Virus record (IMG/VR): IMGVR_UViG_3300008108_000133
Coordinates: 1 to 59,086 of that record
Strand: one strand, 5' to 3'
DNA from: a virus
Taxonomy: Duplodnaviria; Caudoviricetes
Length of the DNA: 59,086 nucleotides
The notes under the pieces are model-generated. The model was not told the DNA's origin and did not search any database. It worked only from the letters and a program-made list of their open reading frames with translations. Positions 26,886 through 37,765 of the stretch are shown piece after piece; the stretch's first letter is position 1, and each line of letters starts with the position of its first letter. The position numbers were made by a program, and so were the translations under genes.

Positions 26886-28235
26886 ATGAACCCACTTGAA
26901 CTAGTTGCAAAGACACTGTATTCCTTTAAAGAACAACAACTTACTTTTGAACTTTTGGATGCTTTTGGAAAAAGAGCAGAAATATTTCAACAATATGATG
27001 AAGTTGCAAAAATTTTCTTTGAACTCAAGAACTTTTCTAAAGCAATTGAGTATGGTGAAAAGGCACTTAGATTATCTCAAACAAAGGAAGAAAAATATAC
27101 AACTTCCAAGAACTTGATTAATGCTTATAATCAGTCAAATCATCCAGAGAAATCTATTACTCAAATTGAAAAACTGAAAAAACAAAATCCTCAAGATGCT
27201 GAACTTCTTTTGGAAGAAACCTTTGCATATTCTGCACTGAACCAGAAAGAGAAATCCGAAAAACTTCTCTTCAATCTTCTTCAAAAGAAACTACCAGAAG
27301 AGATTGAAAGAAAGGCATATCATAATTTATCGGGACATTATTTCCGTAAAGATGATATTCATACTGGACTTCAACACTTTCTCAAAGCAGGAGAAGTAGA
27401 AGCATATAAGAATCAAAAACTCCCAGAGTTTGAAAAGTGGGATGGTACTATTACACCAGGAAGAACGATTATTATTGATAATCAATGTGGTGCTGGTGAT
27501 GAGGTAGTTCATATTCGGTTTATGAAACATCTTAAAGACTTGGGAATGAAACCGATTTGGAGTTCCACTCGCAGAGAACTTGTAGAACTTTTCAACTATA
27601 ATGGTTATGATGCTGTTTGCATTTATGATAAACCAGAGTTTCCAAAAGATGCCTGCTGGGTTTATGGTCTGGCACTTCCTTATTATCTCAATTTGGAAAT
27701 CAAAGATATGGGAAGAGATCCTTATCTCCAAACACTCCCAAAGTATGATAAAAAATGGGAATGGATGAAAGAAGATAATGGATATAAGATTGGAATGTTC
27801 TGGGCATCCAGTTCTGGATTTGAACAGAATTCTTTTCGTTCAGTAGAACTCAAAGATTATATGAGTGTTCTGGGAAATAAAGGATATTCATTATATTCAC
27901 TTCAAACTTATACTGATAATAAAGATGCTGATGAATATCCAGAAATCAAACAGTCTCTATCAGTTCCTAATAGAGAGTATGCTGATACATTTTCTATTAT
28001 TCAGAACCTTGATTTGGTTGTAACTTCCTGCAGTTTTGTGGCTCATGTTGCAGCATCATTAGGTAAAGAAGTCTGTGTCTTTATTCCTATTATGGAATAT
28101 TATGTTTGGACTTCATCTACAGGAAAGTGTATGTGGTATGGAGATAATGTTCATCTGTTCCGTCAAAAGAAACCAAGAACTTGGGATGCACCCATCAAAG
28201 AGTTTTGGGAGTTTATGAATGATAGAAGAGTATAA
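26886..28235 (+). CDS. TPR + GT-B (family 9-like) glycosyltransferase
   Basis: TPR helices; QCGAGDEVVHIRF; LDLVVTSCSFVAHVAASLGK; WYGDNVHLFRQ. Confidence 0.8.
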   Translation: MNPLELVAKTLYSFKEQQLTFELLDAFGKRAEIFQQYDEVAKIFFELKNFSKAIEYGEKALRLSQTKEEKYTTSKNLINAYNQSNHPEKSITQIEKLKKQNPQDAELLLEETFAYSALNQKEKSEKLLFNLLQKKLPEEIERKAYHNLSGHYFRKDDIHTGLQHFLKAGEVEAYKNQKLPEFEKWDGTITPGRTIIIDNQCGAGDEVVHIRFMKHLKDLGMKPIWSSTRRELVELFNYNGYDAVCIYDKPEFPKDACWVYGLALPYYLNLEIKDMGRDPYLQTLPKYDKKWEWMKEDNGYKIGMFWASSSGFEQNSFRSVELKDYMSVLGNKGYSLYSLQTYTDNKDADEYPEIKQSLSVPNREYADTFSIIQNLDLVVTSCSFVAHVAASLGKEVCVFIPIMEYYVWTSSTGKCMWYGDNVHLFRQKKPRTWDAPIKEFWEFMNDRRV

Positions 28236-28677
28236 TCTTTCATTTCTTAATTTAAATACTATCAAGAGTAAACTTCTTGAAATAGAAACTTCTTCTCACG
28301 GACTTGTAACAAAAGGTGTTTCCACTTATAATCATGGAATGCCTGTTTTGATGTATCCAGAACTGTCTGGATTAAGAAATGTTCTTAAACAATATGTTAG
28401 ACTATATTGCAATAAGTATGAGATTCCACCATTAAAGTTTATCAATAGTTGGTTCAATATTTCACAACCAGGAAATAAACTCAAAGCACATAAACACGAA
28501 GAGAGTGTTGTAAGTGGAGCATTTTATATTTCTGGTGCAACTCCACTCATTTTTCCAGATACATCAATCAAACCTTATCCTGGGTTGTTAGTAATCTTCT
28601 CAAGTGATTTAGTTCATTATACCGAAGAAGAAACGGAAGAAAGAATTATTATTAGTTTTAACACAGATTACTTATGA
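28219..28677 (+). CDS. putative 2OG-Fe(II) oxygenase (TIGR02466-like)
   Basis: SWFN...HKH...SGAFY...F.S.LVH...RIIISFN. Confidence 0.8.
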   Translation: MIEEYNLSFLNLNTIKSKLLEIETSSHGLVTKGVSTYNHGMPVLMYPELSGLRNVLKQYVRLYCNKYEIPPLKFINSWFNISQPGNKLKAHKHEESVVSGAFYISGATPLIFPDTSIKPYPGLLVIFSSDLVHYTEEETEERIIISFNTDYL

Positions 28678-29357
28678 GATTTCATACTTTTTACACAAAA
28701 AATCTTTCAGAGCAGTTGATTGCAGATCATAAAAAAGTATGCGATCATATTGGTATTGATGTGACTTATCACATTCATGACTCAATTACTGATTATGATT
28801 CTCTTTATACTGCCCATGGAAATTTTATGACTTCTATAATGGAGCAGGAAGAAGTTGCTTGCTTTTTAGACATTGATTGTCTTCCACATAATAAAGAGTT
28901 AATTCAAAAGGCATACGATTGGGCAGTAAAAAATAAATCTTTTGTTGGAAATGCTCAAAACATTTCTCACACCTCTATGAGAAATCATATCTATGCTGCT
29001 GCTTCTTGTTTAATTGTAACCAAAGATGCTTGGAATAATTTGGGAAATCCAGACTTTTCTTGGTTTATACAGAATCAAATTCAAATAGATACTGCACAAC
29101 TTCTCACATTAAGAGCAGATCAAATTGGAATGCCCTATCAGTTAATGTATCCAGTTGGGTATGATGGACCTGAAGAATATAAACTTTCTGGATATGGGAT
29201 GTATGGAACTGGAACTTTATATCCTGCAACTTGGCATTATTTCAGAATTAGTAAGTTTAAAGACTCCATTCCAGACCTTTGGGTAACTCGTGTAAATAAT
29301 ATACTAGATAATCAAAAGATTATTCCGCATCATTCATCGTGTTTTTATGGATTATAA
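28674..29357 (+). CDS. glycosyltransferase-like protein (GT-A)
   Basis: FLDIDCLP DxD motif. Confidence 0.55.
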   Translation: MRFHTFYTKNLSEQLIADHKKVCDHIGIDVTYHIHDSITDYDSLYTAHGNFMTSIMEQEEVACFLDIDCLPHNKELIQKAYDWAVKNKSFVGNAQNISHTSMRNHIYAAASCLIVTKDAWNNLGNPDFSWFIQNQIQIDTAQLLTLRADQIGMPYQLMYPVGYDGPEEYKLSGYGMYGTGTLYPATWHYFRISKFKDSIPDLWVTRVNNILDNQKIIPHHSSCFYGL

Positions 29358-30114
29358 GTTTTTGTTTTTAGTTGGATCTGCAATCAATCATTTTAAAGAA
29401 GATGATTTAAGTGCTTTTAATGCAGAAGAAAGATTTCAACAGACATTAGATACACTTCAATCTATCAAAGATAAAGTCCCTGATGCTTATATTTTAATCT
29501 ACGAGGCATCAGAAACTCCAATCAAACAGGAATATAAAGATAAGTTCACAGAACAATCTGATTTGTTTATTGAATGTGGTGATGACCCATATATGAAATC
29601 TCTCTATGAAAATCTTCATAGAGATCCAAACAAATTTACATTTGTAAAGTCTATGCTGGAGTGTAGATGTTTAGAGATTGTTTTGAATCATATGAGAGAA
29701 CATAATGTCTTTAATGATGTAACAAGAGTATTTAAGTTGAGTGGTAGATATCAACTAAATGAATATTTTGATATTAATGATTACAAGACAAGATTCTTGA
29801 CAAATAAGTATGTAATGAAATATTTTGATTATAACGAACGGTTTGAGGATATTGAAAACATTTACTCTCTTCTTTATGGATGTAAGGGAAGTATTGTGAC
29901 TGGTCTGTGGTCTTTTGATAGATTTTTGTTTAATGATATTTTCAATGTTCTCCAAAAAAGTTTTATGTATATGGAGAGAGCAATTCAATTAACTGCTGGA
30001 ATTGACATTGAACATTCTTTCTATCATTTTATTGATAGAGATAAAATTGTAAATATTCCTGTACTTGGTCTAGATCTAATTAAAGGTATGGATGGAGATA
30101 GGTTCTCATTATGA
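29347..30114 (+). CDS. glycosyltransferase-like hypothetical protein
   Basis: ERFQQT..T..SI, FKLSGRY, DIEH motifs. Confidence 0.5.
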   Translation: MDYKFLFLVGSAINHFKEDDLSAFNAEERFQQTLDTLQSIKDKVPDAYILIYEASETPIKQEYKDKFTEQSDLFIECGDDPYMKSLYENLHRDPNKFTFVKSMLECRCLEIVLNHMREHNVFNDVTRVFKLSGRYQLNEYFDINDYKTRFLTNKYVMKYFDYNERFEDIENIYSLLYGCKGSIVTGLWSFDRFLFNDIFNVLQKSFMYMERAIQLTAGIDIEHSFYHFIDRDKIVNIPVLGLDLIKGMDGDRFSL

Positions 30115-30815
30115 AAATCGCAATCTTTTATCATACTTTTCAGTCTGGAATGAGTGCCTTTGTTTATCAACAACAAATGCATAGACTGTATTGCTCAGGG
30201 TTGATTGATGCTGCTGATTATATTCATATTGGTGTGAATGGAGATCAGGAGTTGTTTAATGTCCCAGAAAAATCAAAGGTGTTTTATAATACTAACTGGA
30301 AAGAAGAAACAGAAACTCTGATTGCTCTCAAGAACTTTGCTTATGAAAATCCAGACTATAAGATTTTATATTTTCATATGAAGGGAGCAAGCAAAGAAAC
30401 TCTTGTTGCAAATTCTTGGAGATTGATGATGGAATATTTTGTGATTGATAAATGGAAAGAATGTGTGGAGTATTTGAATGATTATGACTGCGTAGGACAG
30501 ACCTACAAACCTCTTGGACCAACTTTATGGGGTGATGGGACTATGACTACTAATGATGGTCTTGGATGCTATTGTGGGAACTTCTGGTGGGCAAATGCAG
30601 CATATATACAAACATTAGATCATAGTTATTTAAATACTAATTATCGTTTTGATAGAGAGTTCTGGATTGGAACGAATAAAAATGTAAAGGCAAAGTCATT
30701 CATGGAATATACTGATGGTGATTATATTGCAGACAATCATCCTATCCCATTAAAGAAAGGAATGAGTGATTATGAACCTTATACACATTACTTTAGAGAG
30801 GTAGAATACTTATGA
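30111..30815 (+). CDS. glycosyltransferase-like hypothetical protein
   Basis: ILYFHMKG, WRLMMEYF, GNFWWA, REFWIG. Confidence 0.5.
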   Translation: MKIAIFYHTFQSGMSAFVYQQQMHRLYCSGLIDAADYIHIGVNGDQELFNVPEKSKVFYNTNWKEETETLIALKNFAYENPDYKILYFHMKGASKETLVANSWRLMMEYFVIDKWKECVEYLNDYDCVGQTYKPLGPTLWGDGTMTTNDGLGCYCGNFWWANAAYIQTLDHSYLNTNYRFDREFWIGTNKNVKAKSFMEYTDGDYIADNHPIPLKKGMSDYEPYTHYFREVEYL

Positions 30816-31180
30816 GAGAGTGTGGAGAATGCACTGCTTGTTGCACTTGGTTACAAGGTTATGCTTATGGTTATGAGTTTGGTAGTGGAAAGTCTTGTAA
30901 GTTCTTATGTGAATCCGGATGTAGTGTACATAAGGTAAGACCAAAAGTATGTGAAGGATATTTCTGTGCTTGGGCTCAAGAACTTATATCTGAAGAAATG
31001 AGACCTGATAAGTGTGGAGTTCTTGTTTCTGTGGAAAATAATGAAAACGGTCAGTATCTTAGAATTGTTCCAATCAAAAAAGAAATAAATAAAGATATAC
31101 TAGAATATTTTAAAAATTGGAGTGTTATAATGAACACTCCTGTGATTTATCCAAAAAATAATTCCTGGGAAGTCCTCTAA
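30812..31180 (+). CDS. YkgJ-like CxxCxxCC metal-cluster protein
   Basis: CGECTACC...CKFL...GCSVH..RP.VC..Y.C. Confidence 0.75.
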   Translation: MRECGECTACCTWLQGYAYGYEFGSGKSCKFLCESGCSVHKVRPKVCEGYFCAWAQELISEEMRPDKCGVLVSVENNENGQYLRIVPIKKEINKDILEYFKNWSVIMNTPVIYPKNNSWEVL

Positions 31181-33459
31181 TGCCTACTTTTTACAACTAC
31201 ACTGAGAATGGAGTAGTATACTCTCTTGATGATGTTTTTGTACCTGCTGATGCTTTTAGGCAGGGAAACCTATGGGTATGGGGATCTAGATCTATAGGAA
31301 ATTTTAGAGGAACTAATTCTGGTGTTTGTACTCCTGTCACCACATTTGCGGGATCTTCAAACTGGCTCACTGTTGCTAATGGAAATTATAATAGTGCAGC
31401 AATCAAAACTGATGGAACCTTATGGACTTGGGGTGAAGGATTTGGTGCAGGAATCGGAGATGGATTTAAAATCGATAGATGCACCCCAGTTACAACATTC
31501 GCAGGAGGAAACAATTGGAAGCAAGTTTCTTGTGCATACAATACTGGAGCAGCAATAAAGACTGATGGAACCTTATGGGTTTGGGGTGGTAATTATTATG
31601 CACTACTTGCTGATAATACGCAAACTGATAGATGTACTCCTGTCACCACATTTGCTGGAGGAACCAACTGGAAACAGGTAAGCCTTGGATATCACGCAGC
31701 AGCAATCAAAACTGATGGAACTCTATGGACTTGGGGGCAAATTGAATATGGTGCATTGGGTAATAATACATCTGGTACAGTTACTTGGGGTAGAAAAGTA
31801 TCAACACCAATCACAACATTTGCAGGAGGAACCAACTGGAAACAAGTTTCGACTTCCATAAATGGGAACACCGCAGCAATCAAAACTGATGGAACCTTAT
31901 GGGTTTGGGGTACAAATTCTTACGGAACTCTAGGGACTAATTCGGAGAGAGCTTCTCTTACTCCAGTCACAACATTTGCAGGAGGGACCAACTGGAAACA
32001 AGTTTCTGCTGGTGGATATAATGTATCAGCAATCAAAACTGATGGAACCTTATGGACTTGGGGACAAAGATCACACTCGGCAATTAACTATACAAGACCT
32101 CGTGGTATATCTACTCCATCTATGATAATCGGTGGTGGAAATAATTGGAAATCTGTTAGTACTGGGGGTTTCATAATAGCAACTAAAACCGATGGAACTC
32201 TTTGGTCTTGGGGAGAAAGACAGTCATCTATAGAAGGATTTTTAGTAAATAGAACTCCTATTTCTCCAAGAAATATTTTCCCAGGCACAAATTGGTCTAT
32301 TGCTTATGGAAATGATGATATGTATGTAATAGGCACCGATGGGAATTTATGGGGATGGGGAACTAATAGTAATGGAGAACTTGGAATTAATGCTACTGGA
32401 ACAAGAAGCACTCCTGTTACAACAATTACTGGTGGAACAAACTGGAAATCAGTTAGTGCGGGATTTAACACTGTAGCAGCAGTTAAAACTGATGGAACCT
32501 TATGGACTTGGGGTAGTAACTATAGAGGTTCAATAGGAGACGATACATCAACTAATAGAAGAACTCCAGTCACAACATTTGCGGGAGGAACTAATTGGTC
32601 AAATGTGAGTATTACTGATAATCAATGTGCAGCAGTTAAAACTGATGGAACTCTGTGGGTTTGGGGGAGGAATTTTAATTTTGCACTTGGAACTAATGAA
32701 GGAACATCTGTTACAAAACGAACACCAGTTACAACATTTTCGGGAGGAACTAATTGGAGTTCTGTAACTGTTGGATCTAATCTTATGCAGGCAATCAAAA
32801 CTGATGGAACATTATGGGTTTGGGGTGCGAATAATGCTGGTCAACTTGGAGTCAATGATACAATTGATAAAGCTACTCCCGTTACAACATTTGCGGGAGG
32901 AACAAATTGGTCGCAATTAGGAAGGGGGGGATCCTCAGCTATTAAAACTGATGGAACCTTATGGGTTTGGGGATATAATTCATACGCTCGTCTGGGTATC
33001 GGTGATGATCCAAATAACAAATCAACTCCAGTCACAACATTTGCAGGAGGAACTAATTGGAGTTCTATTTCAGATTTTTCTAATAAAATAGCAGCAATAA
33101 AAACTGACGGAACCCTCTGGATGTGGGGAGATAATGGTGGTTCTGGTAAATTTGGAGTTTTGGGTATTGGTGGGGAAACAAATGGAGCTGTCTTAACTCC
33201 TATCACAACATTTGCGGGAGGAACTAACTGGAAACTAGTCAATTGCTCTTCTTATTCTACTATTAATGCGGCAATCAAGACTGATGGAACCTTATGGATG
33301 TGGGGTGAACAGGGAAATGCTCAGTTTGGAATTGGTTCTAATGCTACCGTTTATGCTGCAACACCTATTACAACATTCGCAGGAGGAACCAATTGGAAAC
33401 AAGTTGAGGTAAAATATAGAAGAGTTTCTGCAATTCAATATCAAGACGATTACGTATAA
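31180..33459 (+). CDS. RCC1-type double beta-propeller protein (14 blades)
   Basis: 14 LWxWG repeats counted in the translation. Confidence 0.85.
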   Translation: MPTFYNYTENGVVYSLDDVFVPADAFRQGNLWVWGSRSIGNFRGTNSGVCTPVTTFAGSSNWLTVANGNYNSAAIKTDGTLWTWGEGFGAGIGDGFKIDRCTPVTTFAGGNNWKQVSCAYNTGAAIKTDGTLWVWGGNYYALLADNTQTDRCTPVTTFAGGTNWKQVSLGYHAAAIKTDGTLWTWGQIEYGALGNNTSGTVTWGRKVSTPITTFAGGTNWKQVSTSINGNTAAIKTDGTLWVWGTNSYGTLGTNSERASLTPVTTFAGGTNWKQVSAGGYNVSAIKTDGTLWTWGQRSHSAINYTRPRGISTPSMIIGGGNNWKSVSTGGFIIATKTDGTLWSWGERQSSIEGFLVNRTPISPRNIFPGTNWSIAYGNDDMYVIGTDGNLWGWGTNSNGELGINATGTRSTPVTTITGGTNWKSVSAGFNTVAAVKTDGTLWTWGSNYRGSIGDDTSTNRRTPVTTFAGGTNWSNVSITDNQCAAVKTDGTLWVWGRNFNFALGTNEGTSVTKRTPVTTFSGGTNWSSVTVGSNLMQAIKTDGTLWVWGANNAGQLGVNDTIDKATPVTTFAGGTNWSQLGRGGSSAIKTDGTLWVWGYNSYARLGIGDDPNNKSTPVTTFAGGTNWSSISDFSNKIAAIKTDGTLWMWGDNGGSGKFGVLGIGGETNGAVLTPITTFAGGTNWKLVNCSSYSTINAAIKTDGTLWMWGEQGNAQFGIGSNATVYAATPITTFAGGTNWKQVEVKYRRVSAIQYQDDYV

Positions 33460-33476
33460 AACTTTAATTTTTAATT

Positions 33477-34259
33477 ATGAAAACATTATTTTTTCTTTCT
33501 GGTCTTCCTAGATCAGGTTCTACTTTACTTGGATCAATTCTTTCACAACATCCAAAGTTACAAGCAACACCTACATCACCACTTGCCGATTTGCTTTGTT
33601 GGATTGATGAAGGTTTTTCAAAGATAGACTTACAATATACTTACGATAAACCACAAGTAGTATATAATACTTACAATTCAATCCTTGAGAACTTCTATAA
33701 TCATATAGATAAACCTTGTATTCTTGACAAACATCGTGGTTGGTGTAAGAATGTTCCTTCTATTGAAAAGTTTCTCAAACAGAAACCAAAAATCATAGCA
33801 ACTAACAGAAGAATCAGTGAAGTTCTTGCCTCTTATATTCTACTCATTCAAAGAAATAATGAGGCAGATAATTTTGTAGACGCACATTTGAGAAGAGAAG
33901 GGAAACAAATTACCACAGACAATCGTATTGAGTGCCTTTGGAAGAATTATGTTTCTGACCCTTATGAAAGTTTAGTCTATGGATTAACTCATAATAGAGA
34001 CAATATTCATTTAGTGGACTATAATGATCTTACACAAGACCCAGAACAAGAACTTAAAAAGATTTACGAGTTTCTGGAAATAGAAAATCATATTCACGAT
34101 CTTTTTAATATTTTTAATACTTGTGCTGAAGAAAAAGACCACGAATGGGGAATTAATAATCTTCATCAAATTCGTACAAAACTTCAAAGAACTTCACCAC
34201 CACCAGAAGAAGTGATTGGTGAAGAGAATGTAGAACTTTATGATAAGTTTAATATATGA
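33477..34259 (+). CDS. sulfotransferase family protein
   Basis: GLPRSGSTLL, DKHRGW, R...E.LAS, Y.DLTQDP. Confidence 0.85.
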   Translation: MKTLFFLSGLPRSGSTLLGSILSQHPKLQATPTSPLADLLCWIDEGFSKIDLQYTYDKPQVVYNTYNSILENFYNHIDKPCILDKHRGWCKNVPSIEKFLKQKPKIIATNRRISEVLASYILLIQRNNEADNFVDAHLRREGKQITTDNRIECLWKNYVSDPYESLVYGLTHNRDNIHLVDYNDLTQDPEQELKKIYEFLEIENHIHDLFNIFNTCAEEKDHEWGINNLHQIRTKLQRTSPPPEEVIGEENVELYDKFNI

Positions 34260-34861
34260 ATAATTTTACACATATATCATTACCAAATCCAGGAGTGACT
34301 ACTGGTAATCTTCCAGAAGAACTTTATAAACAAGTAATAGAAGAGGTAAATGAAATCTCTTTTGATTTTCATTCTCATTCCAATTACAATAATGGTCTTG
34401 CAGGAAATATAGAAAATCAATATGAGTTGCAAAAGTCTATGCCAGTTTTGCAACCATATCTCAATCAAATGTGTAAGTCATATACAGACTATTGGAACTT
34501 TTATAAAAAACCAGATAACTTTAAACTCACTCATCTGTGGGTCAATTTCCAAAAGAAGAATGAGTTCAATCCAATTCATCATCACAGCAGCACTTTTAGT
34601 TTTGTTTGCTGGTTAAAGATTCCATACAAAGTAGAAGAAGAATTGAATGCGGCTCATGTAAAAGATACAAAAGCAAAAGCGGCATCAACATTTCAATTCA
34701 TTTATCCAAATATTTTAGGGCAACTTACTTTGGAAACTTTGTATGTAAATCAGGATTGGTGTGGTAGAATAGTATTATTCCCAGCACATCTATCACATTG
34801 CGTCTATCCATTTTCTACAAGTGATGATTATAGAATTTCAATATCTGGCAATTTAGAATGA
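34256..34861 (+). CDS. putative 2OG-Fe(II) oxygenase (TIGR02466-like)
   Basis: WVNFQKKNEFNPIHHH, FPAHLSHCVYPF, RISISGN. Confidence 0.85.
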   Translation: MNNFTHISLPNPGVTTGNLPEELYKQVIEEVNEISFDFHSHSNYNNGLAGNIENQYELQKSMPVLQPYLNQMCKSYTDYWNFYKKPDNFKLTHLWVNFQKKNEFNPIHHHSSTFSFVCWLKIPYKVEEELNAAHVKDTKAKAASTFQFIYPNILGQLTLETLYVNQDWCGRIVLFPAHLSHCVYPFSTSDDYRISISGNLE

Positions 34862-35547
34862 AACGAACATTACAATCTTTTTATCCAACAGAAAATTCTT
34901 TTATAGAAAACTCTTATATTATTACTCTACCAAACAATGAAACTTCAAAGACCTTAACTGAAAGATGTATAGAGAGTTGTGAATCTGTAGGTCAACCTTA
35001 TACTCTCTGGGAAGGTTTTGATGGTTCTTCTGGTGAGATTGTAATCCCAGAGCATCTTCAAGATAAAGAATACCTAAAGTGGTTAAAAGTCAATCATAAG
35101 TTTATGACACCATCTCAAATTGGGTGTTGTTTATCTCACTTCAGTTTATGGTTTCATTGTATTACAATAGATAGACCTATTGTAATATTAGAGCACGATG
35201 CTATAATGGTAGAGAAATTCTTTGGTCCCTATCCTTTTTATAATGCAGTCACATATCTTGGTTGTAGGGAACAGAAGTATGATGGTATGCCCGTTCAACC
35301 AACTCCAATTCATATGCAATCACCTGATAATTTCGTTCGTAAAATAGGTAGAGCACACGCATATGCAATTGACCCTGCTGTTGCGAAGTTAATGGTCTCT
35401 CGTCTGTTGGTAGATGGGATTACAACAATGAACGATGAATTTATGCAAGCGAATTGGTTTACAATTATCCAATATGGTTTTTATGCATATGATGAACCTG
35501 GAGAAACAACAATACAAACACCCCTATATCCTTTTAATAACCAATGA
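34858..35547 (+). CDS. glycosyltransferase family 25-like
   Basis: IGCCLSHFSLW, ILEHDA, AHAYAI. Confidence 0.75.
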   Translation: MKRTLQSFYPTENSFIENSYIITLPNNETSKTLTERCIESCESVGQPYTLWEGFDGSSGEIVIPEHLQDKEYLKWLKVNHKFMTPSQIGCCLSHFSLWFHCITIDRPIVILEHDAIMVEKFFGPYPFYNAVTYLGCREQKYDGMPVQPTPIHMQSPDNFVRKIGRAHAYAIDPAVAKLMVSRLLVDGITTMNDEFMQANWFTIIQYGFYAYDEPGETTIQTPLYPFNNQ

Positions 35548-36233
35548 AAATTGAAGTATTTTTAAGACACTGCTACACATCCAAAGTTAATCTTTCGGGG
35601 GCAAATCGTCCAGAGTGGTGGGACAAAGAAAAGGTATTTCAAAACTTCAAGAATACCCTGAATCCAGAAACTACCAATTACACAATCATCTTTGATGAGT
35701 GTTATGGAAAACAAGAAGACACTTTTCTCAAAGATGAAAATGTAGTAACCATTAATTGTGGCAAAGAAAGTGAAAGTTTTTGTAAGACACTAGACCATAT
35801 TCTTTCACAAGACTTTGATGATGATACAATCATTTATTTTCTTGAAGATGATTATTTACATCGTCCAGAATGGGATAGGACTCTCATAGATGGATTTACC
35901 CTACCAGTTCATTATGTGACCTTGTACGACCACGGAGACAAGTATCAGGAGATGTATAAGGACTTTATGACTAAAGTTCTTGCAACAAAATATTCTCATT
36001 GGATGCCAACACCATCAACCACAAATACTTTTGCAGTGAAATTCAGAACACTCAAAGAAGACCAAGAAATTCACAAACACTTCTCAACTGGTTTTGAACC
36101 TTCCGCAGACCACGGTAAATTTTTGGAACTACATAAGAGAGGAAGAAATTTAATATCAAGTATTCCTGGTTATTCTACACACTGTCATAAAGAATTTTTA
36201 TCACCCTGTATTGATTGGAGCACATATCTATGA
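35544..36233 (+). CDS. glycosyltransferase family 2-like
   Basis: IYFLEDDYLH, STTNTF, PGYSTH. Confidence 0.65.
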   Translation: MKIEVFLRHCYTSKVNLSGANRPEWWDKEKVFQNFKNTLNPETTNYTIIFDECYGKQEDTFLKDENVVTINCGKESESFCKTLDHILSQDFDDDTIIYFLEDDYLHRPEWDRTLIDGFTLPVHYVTLYDHGDKYQEMYKDFMTKVLATKYSHWMPTPSTTNTFAVKFRTLKEDQEIHKHFSTGFEPSADHGKFLELHKRGRNLISSIPGYSTHCHKEFLSPCIDWSTYL

Positions 36234-37765
36234 AAGTTACACTATATGCAATCGCAAAGAACGAAGAAAAGAACATTGAAAAGTTCCTTAAGAATGCAGA
36301 GAAATTTGATGATGTAGTTGTAGTTGATACTGGAAGCACAGATAATACAGTTCAACTACTTAAAGATGCTGGTATTAAAGTCTACGAGCATCCACAGACT
36401 CGTGCAGAGTTTGATTTTTCAGTAGCAAGAAATCAAGCACTATCTTATGTGGAAACTGATTGGGCATTTTCACTTGATTTTAATGAGGATGTAGATGAGT
36501 TTCATCCAGAAGGATTTGGTGTAATTGCAGATGAGTTCACTACTTTCAATCATTTGAGATTTGATGATAATGGAACTGATGAACCAGTACAATCAAATGA
36601 AGTTCATATAAGATTTCATAGAACAAAGAATTATACTTGGGTCAATGCAGTTCACGAAGTTCCAAACTTTGTTCCCACAGAAGAATATCCAAATGCATCT
36701 GCTGTAGATACAACGATTAAGATTACAAAGAAAATTCATAAGTCTGTAGACAAAGAACTCTTTTACTTCTCAATCTGCGAACGAGAGCATAAGAAAGACC
36801 CATCTAATTGGTATTGGATTTGGTTTATCTTTAATCATTACTTTAATGTCCAGAACACAGAAAAAGCACTTGAGTACGGACAAGAGTTTTTGAATGTTTC
36901 TAAACCATACTTCGATAGTTTTAGAATTATTGCTTTTATCCGTTGCAGTCAAATTCTACTTTCTATCGGAGATATGCAAAGAGGAATGAATTATGCCTTC
37001 CATGCAGTAAGTGAAGCAATGAATATGGGAGGAGTTCATCTATCACAAGCATTTGGATATTTGTTTGAACTTTCTAAAAGATTGAATAATCCAAATCTTA
37101 CAATCTTTGCGACAGCATTTAATCCAGATATGCTATCTGCACCAGAAAGAATTGGTGCCATTGATAAATTGTTCTTGACGAATCTTGAAGATATCCCATC
37201 TTGCTGGAGAGGACATCGTAGATTTGCGGAATGGTTAGTTACTCAAGTTAAACCAGAAGTAACCGTTGACCTTGGAGTTGATTGGGGATTTTCTACTTTC
37301 TGTTTTGCTATGCCTCGTATCGGTCAGGTTTATGGTATCGATACTTTTGAAGGAGATCAATTTACAGGAGAAAATCACGGTTTTTATGAGTATGTCTTGG
37401 ATAAACAAGAAAAACTCTTTATGAAAAATAATGTAACTTTTATCAAAGGTTTATTTGATGATGTTGCAAAAACTTGGGATAAAAAGATTGATATCCTTCA
37501 CATTGATGGAGACCATGCTTACGAATCTGTGAAGCACGATTATGAAACTTGGAGTCCTTTCTTAAAGGAAAATGGTGTGATTCTTTTCCACGATACTTGT
37601 ATTGAAGAACTGAATGGTAATCAATACGGAGTGAAGAAATTCTTTGAAGAACTTGATCTCCCTAAGATAACATTTACTCATACTTTTGGTCTTGGTGTTG
37701 CTTCTAAAAATAAAGAACTAATTGAATATATCAAGTCTAATTTTGATTTGAATAATCCCCTATGA
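36230..37765 (+). CDS. GT2 glycosyltransferase + helical linker + class I SAM methyltransferase fusion
   Basis: YAIAKNEE, VVVDTGSTD, FSVARN; VDLGVDWGFS, LHIDGDHAYE, LFHD. Confidence 0.85.
   Translation: MKVTLYAIAKNEEKNIEKFLKNAEKFDDVVVVDTGSTDNTVQLLKDAGIKVYEHPQTRAEFDFSVARNQALSYVETDWAFSLDFNEDVDEFHPEGFGVIADEFTTFNHLRFDDNGTDEPVQSNEVHIRFHRTKNYTWVNAVHEVPNFVPTEEYPNASAVDTTIKITKKIHKSVDKELFYFSICEREHKKDPSNWYWIWFIFNHYFNVQNTEKALEYGQEFLNVSKPYFDSFRIIAFIRCSQILLSIGDMQRGMNYAFHAVSEAMNMGGVHLSQAFGYLFELSKRLNNPNLTIFATAFNPDMLSAPERIGAIDKLFLTNLEDIPSCWRGHRRFAEWLVTQVKPEVTVDLGVDWGFSTFCFAMPRIGQVYGIDTFEGDQFTGENHGFYEYVLDKQEKLFMKNNVTFIKGLFDDVAKTWDKKIDILHIDGDHAYESVKHDYETWSPFLKENGVILFHDTCIEELNGNQYGVKKFFEELDLPKITFTHTFGLGVASKNKELIEYIKSNFDLNNPL

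Noticed and set aside
23582-33459. Propeller repeats as a CRISPR array or DGR template/variable repeats
   Set aside because: Repeats are in-frame coding with synonymous variation; differences are not adenine-specific; no cas or reverse transcriptase gene in the window
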